Assembly: GCA_017654855.1 (NCBI GenBank)
Contig: CM030336.1
Location: 992,001-1,056,000 of the forward strand
Length of the DNA stretch: 64,000 bases
DNA from: Podospora anserina
Taxonomy: Eukaryota
Reading direction: 5' to 3'
Part shown: positions 1 to 13,218 of the stretch, piece after piece
Layout of the letters: each line of letters opens with the position of its first letter
How positions within the stretch are numbered: the first letter of the stretch is position 1
Notes under the pieces: model-generated
The model's database searches: none
Told to the model about the DNA's origin: nothing
The model's input: the letters and a program-made list of their open reading frames with translations, nothing else
Program-made: the position numbers and the translations under genes

Positions 1-208
1 GGGTGGTGTTCGAGGATTGTAGAGTTGTGGCCCAGGATCTTGAGAGCGATGCCTGTCGCCAGGCCGCCTAGAGATCCGCCAACCTGTTGCTGCGTTAGCA
101 ATGTGCCTCTGGTCAGGTGCTGAATGATGGGGCTTGAAGCCTTACGATGACGAAATGCAACCTGTCGGGTTTCTGTGCTCCTGTTATCGTGTCGGTTATC
201 GTGGCCAT
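1..208 (-). CDS. FAD-dependent monooxygenase (salicylate/2,6-dihydroxypyridine hydroxylase-like), 5' part only; runs off the window
   Basis: ATG at 208; exon 1 reads MATITDTITGAQKPDRLHFVI; GT-AG intron 145-84; exon 2 reads VGGSLGGLATGIALKILGHNSTILE, a Rossmann FAD-binding GGSxxG...hhE motif. Confidence 0.8.
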
Positions 209-1086
209 TGCTTACTCTCCAAAACTGCACAAGTTATGCTTTCCTTTGTGAATGGTCAAATACAGGGAGCGTATGGAATGCCTATCCATGACAGCATCCA
301 CTGAGAGCCCCCCACTTATTCATCCTGCCCCAGACTTGTGCTACCTTACCTACCCTAATCTCAACTGCCGGCTTACGACCTTTGTACCGTGTTCGGATAA
401 AAAGTGTTGCTCCGGCTTACTCAAACCATGATCATTGTTCTCTTCTCTGTATGACTTCAAGTCTTGACCTCCCTCGTCCCACAGTTTAACGTGGTGCCCC
501 CTCAGCAGGCTGAGCATTGATGTTTTCGCCAAGTACCCTTGCCGTGATGGCATCGCCTGATCTCTACAGAGTGGCTGAATGCTAGACTGTCACGAATCAA
601 TAAAGGCTCTCGTTCCGCGGACAAAATGCCTTGGCCCTTCGTGTCGTTTGGGAAGCATCGAACCAGGCGGTGGTTGCAATGGCTTCAAAAACATCGTATT
701 GCCTTGTCAAAGAAAGTGTGACGTTGGTTGGTCGGCGAATCTTTCGGCGGGATGCGTGTGACAGGCACCGAAGGCAGGTAGGGCTGAGGTTCAGCTCAGC
801 TCACTCTTGGTGTCGACAGCTTATTTGGGCAAGCAGTGCTCACGGTTTGGCAATGCCACGCTGGTGTCTGCCGCGAATATTGCAGCGAACATGCAGTCGA
901 CAATTATGTGAATGCAAGCCCTCGCTTGTCAAGCAAGCCATTGACAGAGGTGTTCTGGTGGTAGAGCCTTGAAGAATTGAGATATAAGTAATGTAGAGAT
1001 CCTCGCCATGAGTCTGAAACAGCTACCAATATTCTAACATCTCACAAGATTGCCAGTGCATGAGAATACTTTCAGTGGTGACCAGC

Positions 1087-2523
1087 ATGGCAAACTTAAA
1101 GACAATTGTGGCTCTTGCCGTCGTGTCACTTGCTGGCATCAGCGCAGCTGCCGGATGTGCTGCTGACAAGTAAGTTCAAAGCATGACCCGCTTGGTAGCT
1201 ACCCAGGCTGACACTGAAAACAGTTGCTACCGGGCTCTCTTTCCTTGCCCGTCTCCCTCGGCCTTGTCTGTCGCTTCCGCCTTCTGCGCAACCATCACAG
1301 CCTCGGGCACGACTGCCACCAACTATCCTACTCGGGCCACCAACGCCTGCGGGACGACGGCTGATCGGTACATCTCGGCCTGTCAGTGTGGCCCGACATG
1401 CTCCTACTCAACCCTTGCCACGGCGACTTCCTTATCGTCCACCACAAATGCCCCGGCCTGTGAGCCGCCTTCCACATCGACCACTTTCACGTCAACCACC
1501 TCCACAGCGCCACCTGCCTGCGAGTCAACCCCCGTCAACGGCAACCTCCTATACGGAGACTTTGAGTGCGATTTCACCCCCTGGAACCCCCTTGTATTCG
1601 CCCCCTTTGCCAGCGTCTATGGGTACTCAGTCACCACACCTGGCTTCACCAAAGTCAATTCATTCCAGACCGAATTCCTCGGCACTCCCAACTGTCCCAC
1701 AACTTGTACATATTTGCGTCTCACATCCCCGGTCTTCCCAGTCACTCCGGGTGTCAAATACAAGTACACCTTTGCCACATGGTTCGATGGGATATCCAGA
1801 GGGTTTGTGGGCACAAAGATCAATGACCGCGCCGGTAGGACTGTCAGCGCTCTTGATTACCCAGTCACAAATTGGCGATTCCATCAGGTTCCTTTCCAAG
1901 CCAACGCAACAGAGAATGAAGCTTCTGTTTTCTTTGAGTGGCTCAATGTCGAGTCTAGACTTGACAGCGTCACCTTTGCCCCCCTGAGCGCTTACTGTGG
2001 GAACACATCCCCTGTCGGCTTGCTTCGGGATGGAGAGTTTGAGTGCGGGTTGGGCGCCTGGACGCAGCAGAAGCCTGACCCTCAAGCCACTGCTGGTGTG
2101 GTCAACTTGGGTTCTGACAGCTTATACACCAACAGCTTTCCCATGGGTGACTACGCTTGGAGAGTGGTGTCACCTGGTGTTCCCAATCCTGCCAACCAGG
2201 AGTTGCATGTCAGTGCGAGGATCATCAGCGGGAGCATGGCAGTGACACCGGGGAAGAAATACTTGGTTTATTTTACGTCTTTTTTCAGCAACCGGACTGT
2301 TGGGTCTGTTGGGGTTATGATCAACAACTCGCCGATTTATACGAGAAACCCCAATGATGCTGCGCAGGGAACTCCGGCGGTGTTTTCTCCGAATCATATC
2401 ATTTGGACTAACATGGCTGGGCTGACAAGTGCGAATGTCAAGATTGAGGCGTTGGTGTTTGGGGCTGGGACGATTGCGATTGATAGTGTTATGTTTGTTG
2501 AGTTGAATGATGGTGTTGTGTAA
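1087..2523 (+). CDS. Secreted protein: Cys-rich N-terminal module, Ser/Thr linker and two tandem galactose-binding/CBM4_9-like beta-sandwich repeats
   Basis: ATG 1087; signal peptide MANLKTIVALAVVSLAGISAAA; intron 1170-1223 (GTAAGT..CAG) joins into ORF 1183..2523 giving GCAADNCYRALF; duplicated motifs GDFEC..W/GEFEC..W, VTPGVKY/VTPGKKY, LDSVTF/IDSVMF. Confidence 0.75.
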
Positions 2524-3098
2524 TTGGTACCTAGGGGCAAATTCAGGATACTAGAGGGATGGGACATTGGGTAGGGCTACTTGTGATTGCATCAGCTCTT
2601 TCAGTAGTTTATGCTTGGGTATCTAGTCTATATCAATTACTCGTTCTACCATGAAGCGACTTATTGTCCCGCGGTTATCGATCCTACCCTGTGGCACCAG
2701 CTTCCTGACACAGAGGAGCACAACAGAGGCAGGTGCTAAGACCTCCCAATTCCAACGCTGTGGAGTCGACGTTGCCACCACAGGCAGCGGGCAACACAGT
2801 CTTCGAGCGGGTGGATCATGGACAGTCAACCGGTAAGTCTTGCTGGCACTTGCCATACGTCAAGCACGAAACAGATGTCTGTTTCGACAACACAGGAGCT
2901 TCCCGTCGCTCTGAGGAGTTTTAAGGACTCAACTTCGTCAACCCAAACTCTCCCCCAAACCTCAACTTTCGTCTCACCACCACGCCACTCATATCTCTAC
3001 TCTTTCGCACCGTCGTCTATCAATTTCATAGCACTGTTACTGGCTCTCATTCTTTATTACTTTCGGTACCCCCGACGATACACTTATCCAATCCCACG

Positions 3099-4049
3099 AT
3101 GCCTTCACAGACACTCGCTTTGCTGGCTGGTGCCATGACGCTGGCCACCGTCGGTGCTCAGCTTCCAACATCGCCCATCTTGCCCATTCCATTTCCCCAA
3201 CCACCATATCACGACTACAGTCCCGCCACTGTTCCAACCGAATATGTCTGTGGAAACCAATTCATGACGAATATCGCAACCCCAACTCCACCGCCAAACC
3301 GACCGGAAGGGGAGCCAAAGAAGTCCAAGAAGCCCGAGACAGAGGAGGATGACAACTACGAACTCAAAGCTGTCAACACACACCGAACACGCCCCTTCGC
3401 CGCTCCCACGGGAAGGTTCAAGTCCCTACAGTACCCCTACACTTCAGTAGGGCGTCACATGCATGTTCTCGAACGAACGCACGCCGACTGCACATCCCAG
3501 ACCTCTGAACTCACTGTTTTGGCTGCCCAACAGCCCATCTTCCCACCCGAGCTGCAAGATCTCGCCAAGAAGCACAAGGTTTGGTTCAGTGCCTGCGGTC
3601 CGACTTTTGAGAACGCTGTTGATTCATCGTTTGATCCCCAAGCTTTTACCCCTGCTTTCGAGGCCTGGTCGGATGCCCTCGCCACCAATCTGAGGAGATT
3701 GATGAACGCCTGCCACAGCTCACAAGAGACGGTTGACATCATCAATCGGGACCGGTGCCTTCGCGACCTGCTTGCTCAGCAGGCGCCCGTCATTCCCCTT
3801 GGCCCCATTGCGGAAGATCAGGCTACATTCACGACCATGTTCACCCTTGACATTCCTGTCCCAAGTTCTTGCCCGGATCCCGTCACGATCACCAAGATGT
3901 CGACGATGTCGGTCACGGCTACTGTCACTGTGGAGGAGAACAAGACCGTGGTGATAGATAAGACGGGCGAAGGTGTTCAGGGGGTTGCCGTGTCGCTGGG
4001 TGCATTGCTCACTGGCGTGTTGGCTGGGGCATTCATCTTTGCTCTCTGA
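3099..4049 (+). CDS. Putative secreted/GPI-anchored cell-surface protein
   Basis: Single-exon 316-aa ORF with an N-terminal signal peptide, a Thr-rich region and a C-terminal hydrophobic tail (VAVSLGALLTGVLAGAFIFAL). Confidence 0.7.
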   Translation: MPSQTLALLAGAMTLATVGAQLPTSPILPIPFPQPPYHDYSPATVPTEYVCGNQFMTNIATPTPPPNRPEGEPKKSKKPETEEDDNYELKAVNTHRTRPFAAPTGRFKSLQYPYTSVGRHMHVLERTHADCTSQTSELTVLAAQQPIFPPELQDLAKKHKVWFSACGPTFENAVDSSFDPQAFTPAFEAWSDALATNLRRLMNACHSSQETVDIINRDRCLRDLLAQQAPVIPLGPIAEDQATFTTMFTLDIPVPSSCPDPVTITKMSTMSVTATVTVEENKTVVIDKTGEGVQGVAVSLGALLTGVLAGAFIFAL

Positions 4050-4888
4050 GGTGGTGCTGGGGTGGTAGAGTCCGGCATCAACATTGCGCAAAATCACGAG
4101 ATGAGGCAGGGAAATGGGAGAACATGAGGTGTGGTGGCTTTGTAATACCTGTATTGTGGCATTCCTAATGAACAGTAATTCGTTTCTCTCGCGATACGGT
4201 GTCATCCTCGTGGTCATGATCGAGGTGGGTGATATCTATTGTGCTTCCATGTCGATCCTGGTAGCCAATACCATGAGATGTTCGTTTTGTTCAGTTTGGT
4301 TTGTTGATCTCGACTTGGTGGAACCGGGGTGAGGTTTGACTTTGACTTTTGCAGGGAACGTGGTGAGGCATGGTGCGGGGCGGGGGGTTGCTGGAGGGAC
4401 GCGATGGTGAAGAGGAGTTACGTGACTGGAAGTGGAATACTGGTGTGTTTAGCTGGGCGTGTTTTGAAGGGGAGGGGTGACGTCCGTGGGCGGGATGACG
4501 CTGGTTAATGGTCTTGAGCTGGTGCATGACAAACATGTGTGACGACGTACAACACGATGTTGGGGATAATTCCTTGTATTATGAATTCCCTGGTTGCTGT
4601 GTCTGTATGATGGATGTTGACATATCTGCTGACATACTGATGTTGTAACCGAAAGTTCACGGGCTCAGGGGGACCGGTCAACAGTGTCGTCGTGCCAAGT
4701 CCGCAATTGTGTCTTGGCCGCGGCCACCCCAGCGCTGAACTCAGCAATCGCCACAAACAAAGAAAGCAAGTCGGTGGTGTTCCGAGGTGGTACCTGTTGT
4801 AGATAAAGACCATCGTCGATCGAGACAGATGATAAGTGCTATCTTCGAAAGTGCAGCCATCCAAAAAATAGGATGCCAACCCCTCCAA

Positions 4889-4960
4889 GGTTGTATAGTG
4901 TAGCGGTTATCACTCCGGATTCTGATTCCGGCAACCCCGGTTCGAGTCCGGGTACGACCT
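4889..4960 (+). tRNA. tRNA-Gln (anticodon CTG), intronless
   Basis: Acceptor stem GGTTGTA/TACGACC, anticodon arm CCGGA-TTCTGAT-TCCGG, T arm CCCGG-TTCGAGT-CCGGG; T-runs downstream fit a Pol III terminator. Confidence 0.95.
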
Positions 4961-5206
4961 CATTCTTTGAAGTCTTTTCACTCTTTTTTTTTCTTTTTTC
5001 CTGCACTGTCCCAAACTACTTTGGCGCCTGTTCTCAACCCATAACGTTGTTCTCCGATCCAATTAAACTCCTTGTTTCTGATCTATTTTGGGCCTGCTAG
5101 CTGCCAGCTGCCAGTTCCACATCCAGAAAAGTTGCACAAACGGGTATGATTCATTATGATTCATTATTTGAAAGGATAGTGGACCTTTGCTAGCAGCTAC
5201 ACAGCC

Positions 5207-8200
5207 TCATGCTCTTTCAGCCAGCAATCTCTCCACGACACTCATCCCCAGACTCTCAATCGACGGCGCCCCCATAATCTCCAGAACCGTCACCTCAGTT
5301 CCCAGCCGCTGCCGACACCAGTTGCGCAACTCGATAGCCATCAGAGAATCGATGCCCAACGATACCGGGCTTGCCGTGACATCCAGGCTCTCGACCGGCT
5401 TCATCATGAAGGTCAGAAGCGTTGTGCCAATGTGCCGCGAAATGATGGCGCTGGCAGACGGCTCAGCAAATATCTGAGCATTGTCGCTCGCAGCAGCAAA
5501 TAATTCGTCGAGATCAGTGCAGCCATCCTGCTTCTCCAGCATTGCGCTTGGCATACTGCCCGCTGTGCCGGCCTTTTGCTTCTCATGGCTTCGCAACACA
5601 CCGAATCTAGGGTCTCGACCCCACAGCGAGACGGCACGATTCTGGGCCGAAGCTCGCGACTCATCGACCCTCAGCCCAATAGCCAGCTGACTCTTGTTGA
5701 CAAAGGATTCAGCGGTTGCGGACCTCTTCGGAGCAGGGGGGCCTGATGTCTTGATTGCAAGCTCTAGAGCATCAAGAACCTTTTGCTCGCCCAGGATATG
5801 CGCACCCTTGGACTGGAACAGCTCTTTGATGGCCTTGTTCTGGCTCACGTAGCCGACATCGCCCACAATGCCAACATCCATGACCGACGCGCAGAGACCG
5901 AGATGATGGCGATACTGAACAAACGAATCTAGGAACGTGTTGGCAGCAGCGTAGTTGGCCTGCCCCCGGTTGCCCCAGACACCAGAGGAAGACCCAAAGA
6001 GAACGAAAAAATCGAGGCTTTCGTCCGAAAAGGCCTTGTGCAGGTTCCATGTCCCTTCAACCTTGGGGCCCATGACTGCCTCCCAGTCGTTGTGTGTCAT
6101 TTGGGGGAATGCGGCATCCCTCAGAACCATGGCCAGCTGAACCACACCAGCAACAGGGGGCCGTGCCTCGGATGCGACCCGGCGGACATCTTGCAAGCTT
6201 GTTACACTACCCTTGATGACCTTGACGGCGCAGCCCATGGCGGCAAGCTCCTTGGTAAGTTGGGAAGCTTCTGGAGCATCTTGGCCGCTTCGAGACAAGA
6301 AAACCAGATGCCTTGCGCCGCTCTCTGCCATCCAGATGGCTACCTGTCGACCCAGGCCACCCAGCCCACCGACAAGAAGATACGATGCATCTGCACGAAG
6401 GGAAAACCCGCTCCGGACAGTGGCTGTAGCCGGGAGAAGTAAAGGGTCCCCAGGCATACGCACCACCAGCTTGCCGGTATGCTGTCCTGTCTGCATGAAC
6501 CGCAACCCGTCTTCCAGCTGGGACCAATCGTAGCAAGTCATCGGGAGGATAGGATGAATCTTTCCTGCTTTGTAAAACGCCATGGCCCGTTCCAGCAAAC
6601 TGTGATGAATGTCAGCGGGCTTGCAATACGAGCTTCAAACCGGGAACGAGATGTATTGTACCTTTTGGCCATTTCTGGTCTCTTGACGTACATGGGCGCA
6701 AGGTCCACGCCGAAGAAGGAGCGGTTCTCCTGAAACATGTCCATGGCCAACTTACCGTGGCCGATGAAATCTCTCTTGCCAATCTCGACCATGCTGCCAA
6801 ACTCGGCAACGCATTTCCACTGGTGCTTTGTTAGCCTTGGAGCCGGGTGTATGTGCACGGGTACTGACCGAAGCATGGAGGAGATCCCCCGACAGAGAGT
6901 TGAGAACAACATCAACGCCCTGCCCCTTTGTTTCACGATAGACGCCGGCCACAAAGCTAGAGTCTCGAGAGTGGAAAATGCGCTGTCTCGGGATGTCAAA
7001 GGTATCAACAAGGTACTGGACCTTTTCTTCGCTACCGACTGTTGCATAAATCTCCGCTCCTACCATGCGAGCAACATGGATCGCTGCGATACCAATCCCG
7101 CCACAGGCGGAGTGGATGAGAACGGACTGTTGAAGGACTTAGCACCTTTGAGCGATCAAACAGAGCTTGGACCGACTTACCTGACCGGCTTTCAGCCTTG
7201 CCAGATCCAACAAACCATGGATAACCGTGCAGTACACGCTCGGAATTGTCGCTGCTTCTTCGAATGACATCTCGTCTGGTATCTTGGCCACAATTCTTGC
7301 CTTTACCCTGGTGGCATAGCTGTTGAACGCGCCCACAGCCACTCTGTCTCCCACTTTGGGGCCATTGGAAGCAGCACCGGGTCCGACAGCGCTGACGACA
7401 CCGGCGCACTCCAACCCCAGCCCTGTCCCCTCGACCTTTTGTCCGTCAATCACCCCCATAGCGGTAAGGATGTCCTTGAAGTTCATCCCTGCCGCTCTTG
7501 TGTCGACAATAACCTCATCACCAACCAGCGTGGATGCGCCGAACTCTGAGTTGGGGACATTTACCCATTCGAGGCCTTTCAGCGAGCCCCGTTTCGTTAC
7601 TTTGAGCTTCTTAGCCACTCCGGCGGATGCCGAGTCAGCTTCGAGAGCCAAGCTGTCCTCCACAGAAAAGCGATGGAAACGAGGGACATAAACGGTGTTT
7701 CTGACCAGGGCATACTCGTAGTCGGGCCCGGAATCGTCGTCGCCTTGGTCTCCACCGGAGGCGATTTGCTGTTGAAACTGGCAGAGAACTTTGCAGATTG
7801 TATTCATCTGTTCGTCAGAAGCCAAAAAGTCCAGGTTTTCGAGCTCAAGGGTGGCAAAGTCGACGAGAAGCTCATTGCGAATAGTGCGAGCGAGACCAAG
7901 AATACGTGAGTACTGGGGCTCTGTGCAGTTGACTTGGGACGATTTAGTCAACCAGAGCATTCCAAAGCCGCTTGAGCTGCCGAGGTTCGTGGTAAATGCC
8001 TGGAGCTGGGAGAAGGCGGTTGGAGATAAACCATCGAGGAAGGGCTTGTTTGTTTCGAGATCGAGAATGGAGATTATGTCGCTCTTTGGAGTGTCATGGA
8101 GCCCAATGATTTCCACTTCAAAATTGCGGTTCTGGAGGGCCTTGACCACGGCGTTGGCAACGGGGCTTTCTGGCTGCGCTGACAGGACGGAGATGCCTCG

Positions 8201-11200
8201 GCGGTCCACGGGAGGAGGAGGAGCACCCGATGCGACCCAGGTAATGTTGAGCTCGTAGAACGCGTCCTCTTCATTGAGCATAACCGGGTGAGCATGCTCA
8301 AACCCAGCTTTGGACATTTCATCAATCCATCTTTGATAGCCAACGTATGGTTCGTCGGGACGACCATCTGCCTCTCCCAGCCACCAACCCGAAAGCGGGC
8401 CCATGGTGTAGTTGAACCACTTTGTCGTTGGGGAAAGCTCTTGCAAAAGCATCTGCCCATCAGGCTTCAGTAGCTTCCTCACGTTGACAAGCGTCTCGTG
8501 CAGGCTGGGCGTGGCGTGCAAGACGTTGGTGGCAATGACGAGATCATATGAGCCAAGTTTAAATCCCTGACTTGCTGGGTCAATACTGATATCAAGAGGC
8601 ATAAACTCCATGGCTTTGACTTTGTCGAATCTTTCCTTGGCCGCAGGGAAAAAGCCAGCAGAGATGTCGGTGAAGGTGTAGGACGAGAAGGAATCCAGCG
8701 AACCCAAGACTACCTCGGTCGTTGCTCCAGTGCCGGCCCCGACTTCGAGAATCTTTAGGTTCGGCTTGCTGTGGCTCAGCAGTCTTAAGAATTGGCTGTA
8801 ATTCTTGTTGTCAATGAAGTTGTACAAGTCGGTCAACACATCTCCCTCTCGAAGAACCTCGAGCGCTTCAATGTCGCCGCGGAAAATCTCCTCGATTGCA
8901 TCAAAGATCCTGTGAACAGCCGTGCCAATGATGGATGCCTCTGTGTTCTGAATCTCCCTGGCTGTTTGGGAAATAAGAGTCACTCGCTCCGTCGAGGATA
9001 GCTGGAGGAGTTCGTCAACATTATCGACGAGGGCATATCCCCGAGTCTTGGCCTGTTCCACTTGGGCGTGCAACCAAGCATGAAATTTCCTGAGGTGCTC
9101 ATGGGTGACTGTATGGATGACGCCCTCCAGGCGCTTACAAGCCTCGATGGAGCAGCATAGCGTCAACTTTTGCAACAAGGGAAATGTTTCTCGCTCCACC
9201 AGGGTCCGGACGTCGACCAAGTCTCTCAGGTCTTGAAAGGCCACATGGGGCTTCCATACGAGGTGCGCGCCAGCATGAGGATCAACTTCAGAAGCAGGCT
9301 CTTCTTCCCCCACAGGGGACAGTTTGATGTCTCTGATGACCAGCACAATATCCTCATTGTTTCGACCAACGCCCATGCATGTGCCATCGACGCCTCCTCT
9401 GACTGTGTAGTCAGCCCCAGCCTCCACAGTCATCTCATTATTGGCACCCAAAGTCCCGATGTAGACATCACCAAGGAACGTGGGGACGATCGACCGCTTG
9501 TGCATGGCTCGTGTCTGTCCACGGCAAGCCGCTGCCATGAACAACTGGAGACAGCAGTCAATGGTCGTCGGGTGAAGCTGATAGACAGAGTCGTTCTCAT
9601 CGATTCGGTTGACGATGTGAGCCACAGCCTTGTTCTTGGCAGGATGAGCAGAAAGCCTCTCGATGCCCTGAAACCGAGGACCGTAGTTGAGCCCGACATT
9701 GCGCCACGTCTGGTACCACGGTCCTGCCGCAATCTTTCTCGGCAGGTCGCTGATTGCGGGCACCTCGACGCCGTCAAGGTGTCGTCCACCTCTGACCTGA
9801 CCAGAGCAGTGCTTGGTCCACGCCCCTCCGTTGCACGACGAGATTGTAAACTCGTACCACGCCGAGTTCAGGCTCGTTGTCAGACGGTGGGGACGCAGCG
9901 TTAAAACGGTCTCGTTGTGCCCCGAGTCTCGGCATATCATGGCGTGGCCGATGGATAACTCTCGGAGAGTGTAATCAGTGCAGCCCGTGACCTGTCGAAC
10001 GGCTTCACCTGCCATGGCAATGTAGCCTGCCGCAGGAAAAACGATATCGGGCCCGACCATGTGATCTCTGATCCAGGGGACATCGGCGAGGCGCAAAATG
10101 TTTCGCCATGCAGGCTCAGCATCACCACACTCGGCAATATGAGACCCCAAGAGGTCGTGACGGGGAAACTTGGGAAATCTCCTCATGTGGGACAGGCGGC
10201 TTTCGTACCAGTAGTGACCCTCATAATGCCAGGGATGGTTGGGGAGGTTGGTCAAGACTTTGCCACGGGGGTTGATGTCTTGAAATGCAAGCTTGAAGCC
10301 TCTTGTGAATAGCTCGCCGGCAAACGTGAGCATGTTGATAGTCCCATCTTGGCCTCTGACCAAAGTAGGGAGGTATTCGACCTTGTTTGGCTGAAAGGTC
10401 TGCATGATCTGTCTGAGAGGACCAGCAAGCGCCGAATGAGGTCCAATTTCGGCAATAATGCTCTCGGGAAAACGAGCAAGGACAGTTTGAACAGCCGTGT
10501 TGAAGAGCACTGGTGATTCCAGATTGCTTCTCCAGTACGAAGCATCCAGAGATCCTCCCTGGTCAAGGATTTTGTTGGTGACGGTTGAGAAGAACGGCAC
10601 CGAGGGCGACTTGCTTGAAACAAAAGGACGAAGCATTGTTTCGTATATCTCGCCAACGCTCTTCATGTGATCTAGAGTTCTGTCAGCTTATTTTCTTTGA
10701 TGGAATCACATGGACAAGCTTACGGGAGTGGTACGCCATCTCCACCACCAGCTTTCTTACAAACACATCAGGGGCTTCCTCTTTGATCTCGGCAATGACT
10801 TGGTCGATCTTGTCCGCGTCGCCGGACAATGTCACGCTGGTTGGACTATTTTCGCAGGCAACCACCACGCCAGGGACGAGAAACAGGTCCACCCCGTCTT
10901 TGCCCAATCCAACAGCGGCCATGGCTCCTTTCTGGCCGGTCTGCTGTCCCATGACAAAACCTCGCAGATACGCAGCAACGATGGCCTCTTGCATGTCTAA
11001 GGCGGAGGCAGCATATGCCGCAGCAATCTCTCCGCTCGAATGACCGACGACACCTGCCGGGACGACTCCAAACTTTCTCAGCAGGTTGACAATGATGATC
11101 TGAACGGCTGTGCAGAGAGGCTGCGAGAACTCTGCCTTGTTGACATTGCTTGTCTCTTTGGGGCGTAAAAGTTCGTCTCTCAGAGTCCATGCCGGCGGAC

Positions 11201-13218
11201 ATGGCAAGCCTGACAACACCTTGTCCATGATATCGAGGTCGTCCGAGGCAGAGGGAAAACTGGAAATCAATGTTGATCCCATACTGGCCCACTGGCTGCC
11301 TTGGCCATTGAATGCGAAAACGACACCCGAAGGGGTACTGGCCGCCTTTTGGGGCGCGGCAAACACAGTGGGTGCGCTTTCAACTGCCACCGCGTATGAA
11401 CGGAAATCGAGATGTTCCCGCCGCTCTCCAAGGGTATAAGCCAAGTCTCCCACAGAGTCAGCATGTTTGTCAATATAGTCGACAATGTCTCGGGCTCCCT
11501 TGAGGACGGAGTCAGGAAGGCTACCCGTGACAACCAGGAGTCTGGGCGCCGACTTGGGACTGGTCAAAACCATGGGAACCGAAAAGGAGTCTGCCGAGTC
11601 CAGGATGACATCTTGCGGATAAAGTTAGCTGTCTGTCGCGGCCACCAAATGAGCACACACTTACGGGCATTAGCGCCGCCTATTCCAAAGCTGCTGACGC
11701 TGATACGCTCGTGGCGGTCTCGGGGCCAAGGGGTCGGTTCCACCGGCACTCGGAGGCCCTTTTGGAACGGAACTGCAACAATTCCGGTTAGATAAATGTC
11801 GGAAAACTGCATGGCATAGATCTTACTCTTTGGGTTCGGCTTGTCAAACTTGATATTGGGAGGAATGACTTTGTGCTCAAGCGCCAGAACACTCTTGATG
11901 ACGCCAGTTAGGCCAGAAGCACCCTCGGCGTGGCCCAGGTTCGGCTTGACAGAGCCGATGTATACACCCTTTTCGTAAAAGACGTTGGCAATGGCGGTTG
12001 TCTCGATGGGGTCTCCAGTCTTTGTGCCTGTGCCATGTGCCTCAACCATGGCCGTCCGGGTGAAGTCGCTGATACCCGCTTTGTTGTAACAGTCTCGTAT
12101 CAATGCCTCGTGGCTTTTGGAACTGGGCTGCGCAATGCCTTGCGTCTTGCCGTCGAAGTTGGTTGCTGTTCCCTTGATGATGGCACGGATGGGGTTGCCA
12201 TCCCTGATGGCCTCGTCGAGGCGCTTGAGGTAGATCATGTTGACAGCCTCGCCTCGGGCATAGCCGTCAGCGTCAGCGTCAAAGGTCCGACATGAGCCAT
12301 TTGGGCTGAGAACTCCCTGTTCAGCAAGAGCCTGAGTCACTATGAACTGTTAGCTTCTGTTCTTCTTGGGTAGGTGTTGAGGAACTTACTGTTCATGTTC
12401 ATGATCAAGTTGGAACCTCCGACAATGGCACTGGAGATGTCCTCGTTCTGTATTGCCTTGGTGGCCAGATCAAGGCAAATCAGCGAGCTTGAGCAAGCAG
12501 TCTTGACGATGAAGCTTGGCCCCTTGAAGTCGTACTCATACGAGATTCTGTTGGCCAACAAGAAGTCTTCTGTTCCAGTGATCCGGTAGGGTCCGGCCTC
12601 CTGGGTATCTCTGGATTGCATCTCAAACCAATCTTGTCCAAAGGTTCCCACATAGCAACCAATCCGTTTGCCTCTCCAGTCCGCTTCGCCTGCATTCTCA
12701 AGGCATTCCCTGGTGATTTCCAGGAGCAACAGCTGTTGAGGATCCAGCTTTTCGACTTCGTTCCTCGTCATGGACAACAACGAAGCGTCAAACTGGGTAA
12801 GGTCGCGGTCCAGAAAGTAACCATGAGTTGTGTTGACCGTTCCACTCTTGCCGGTGGAAGAGAGGAAACTATCCACATCGTAGCGTGAGGTTGGAATGCG
12901 ACTACGAGCGTCACGCTTGTTAACCAGCAGATCCCAGAACTGCTCGGAGGATGTGATACCTCCAGGCAGGCGCATAGCCATGCCGCAGATTGCCACTGGA
13001 ACTGAGGGATTGTTGCTTGCACGCTTGGAGTCTGATATGGCAGCAGCAAGAGCATCCGCCGTCATGATTGAAGTAGGGATATCATCATAGGCTGTTGTGA
13101 CCGAGCCTGCATCCGAGCCGGAGCCGGGTGTCTTGCTGATGATCTCCTTGACGCCAATCTCAGCGGAGAGAAGATACTTGGGGCCGGTCAGAGCCGGAGG
13201 TGCTTGGTTGAGATGCAT
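5207..13218 (-). CDS. Highly reducing iterative type I polyketide synthase KS-AT-DH-cMT-ER-KR-ACP (multi-exon)
   Basis: [32 protein letters not shown] and [61 protein letters not shown] and YAAAN; ACP GIDSL. The ORF breaks I checked coincide with spliceable introns. There is no C-terminal TE/R domain. Confidence 0.95.

Noticed and set aside
1-208. FAD monooxygenase as a member of the PKS cluster
   Set aside because: It is separated from the PKS by two unrelated secreted-protein genes and a tRNA; there is no evidence of linkage.
5187-13090. Many plus-strand ORFs overlapping the PKS (and similar antisense ORFs over other genes)
   Set aside because: Shadow ORFs of GC-balanced coding sequence, with no recognisable motifs.
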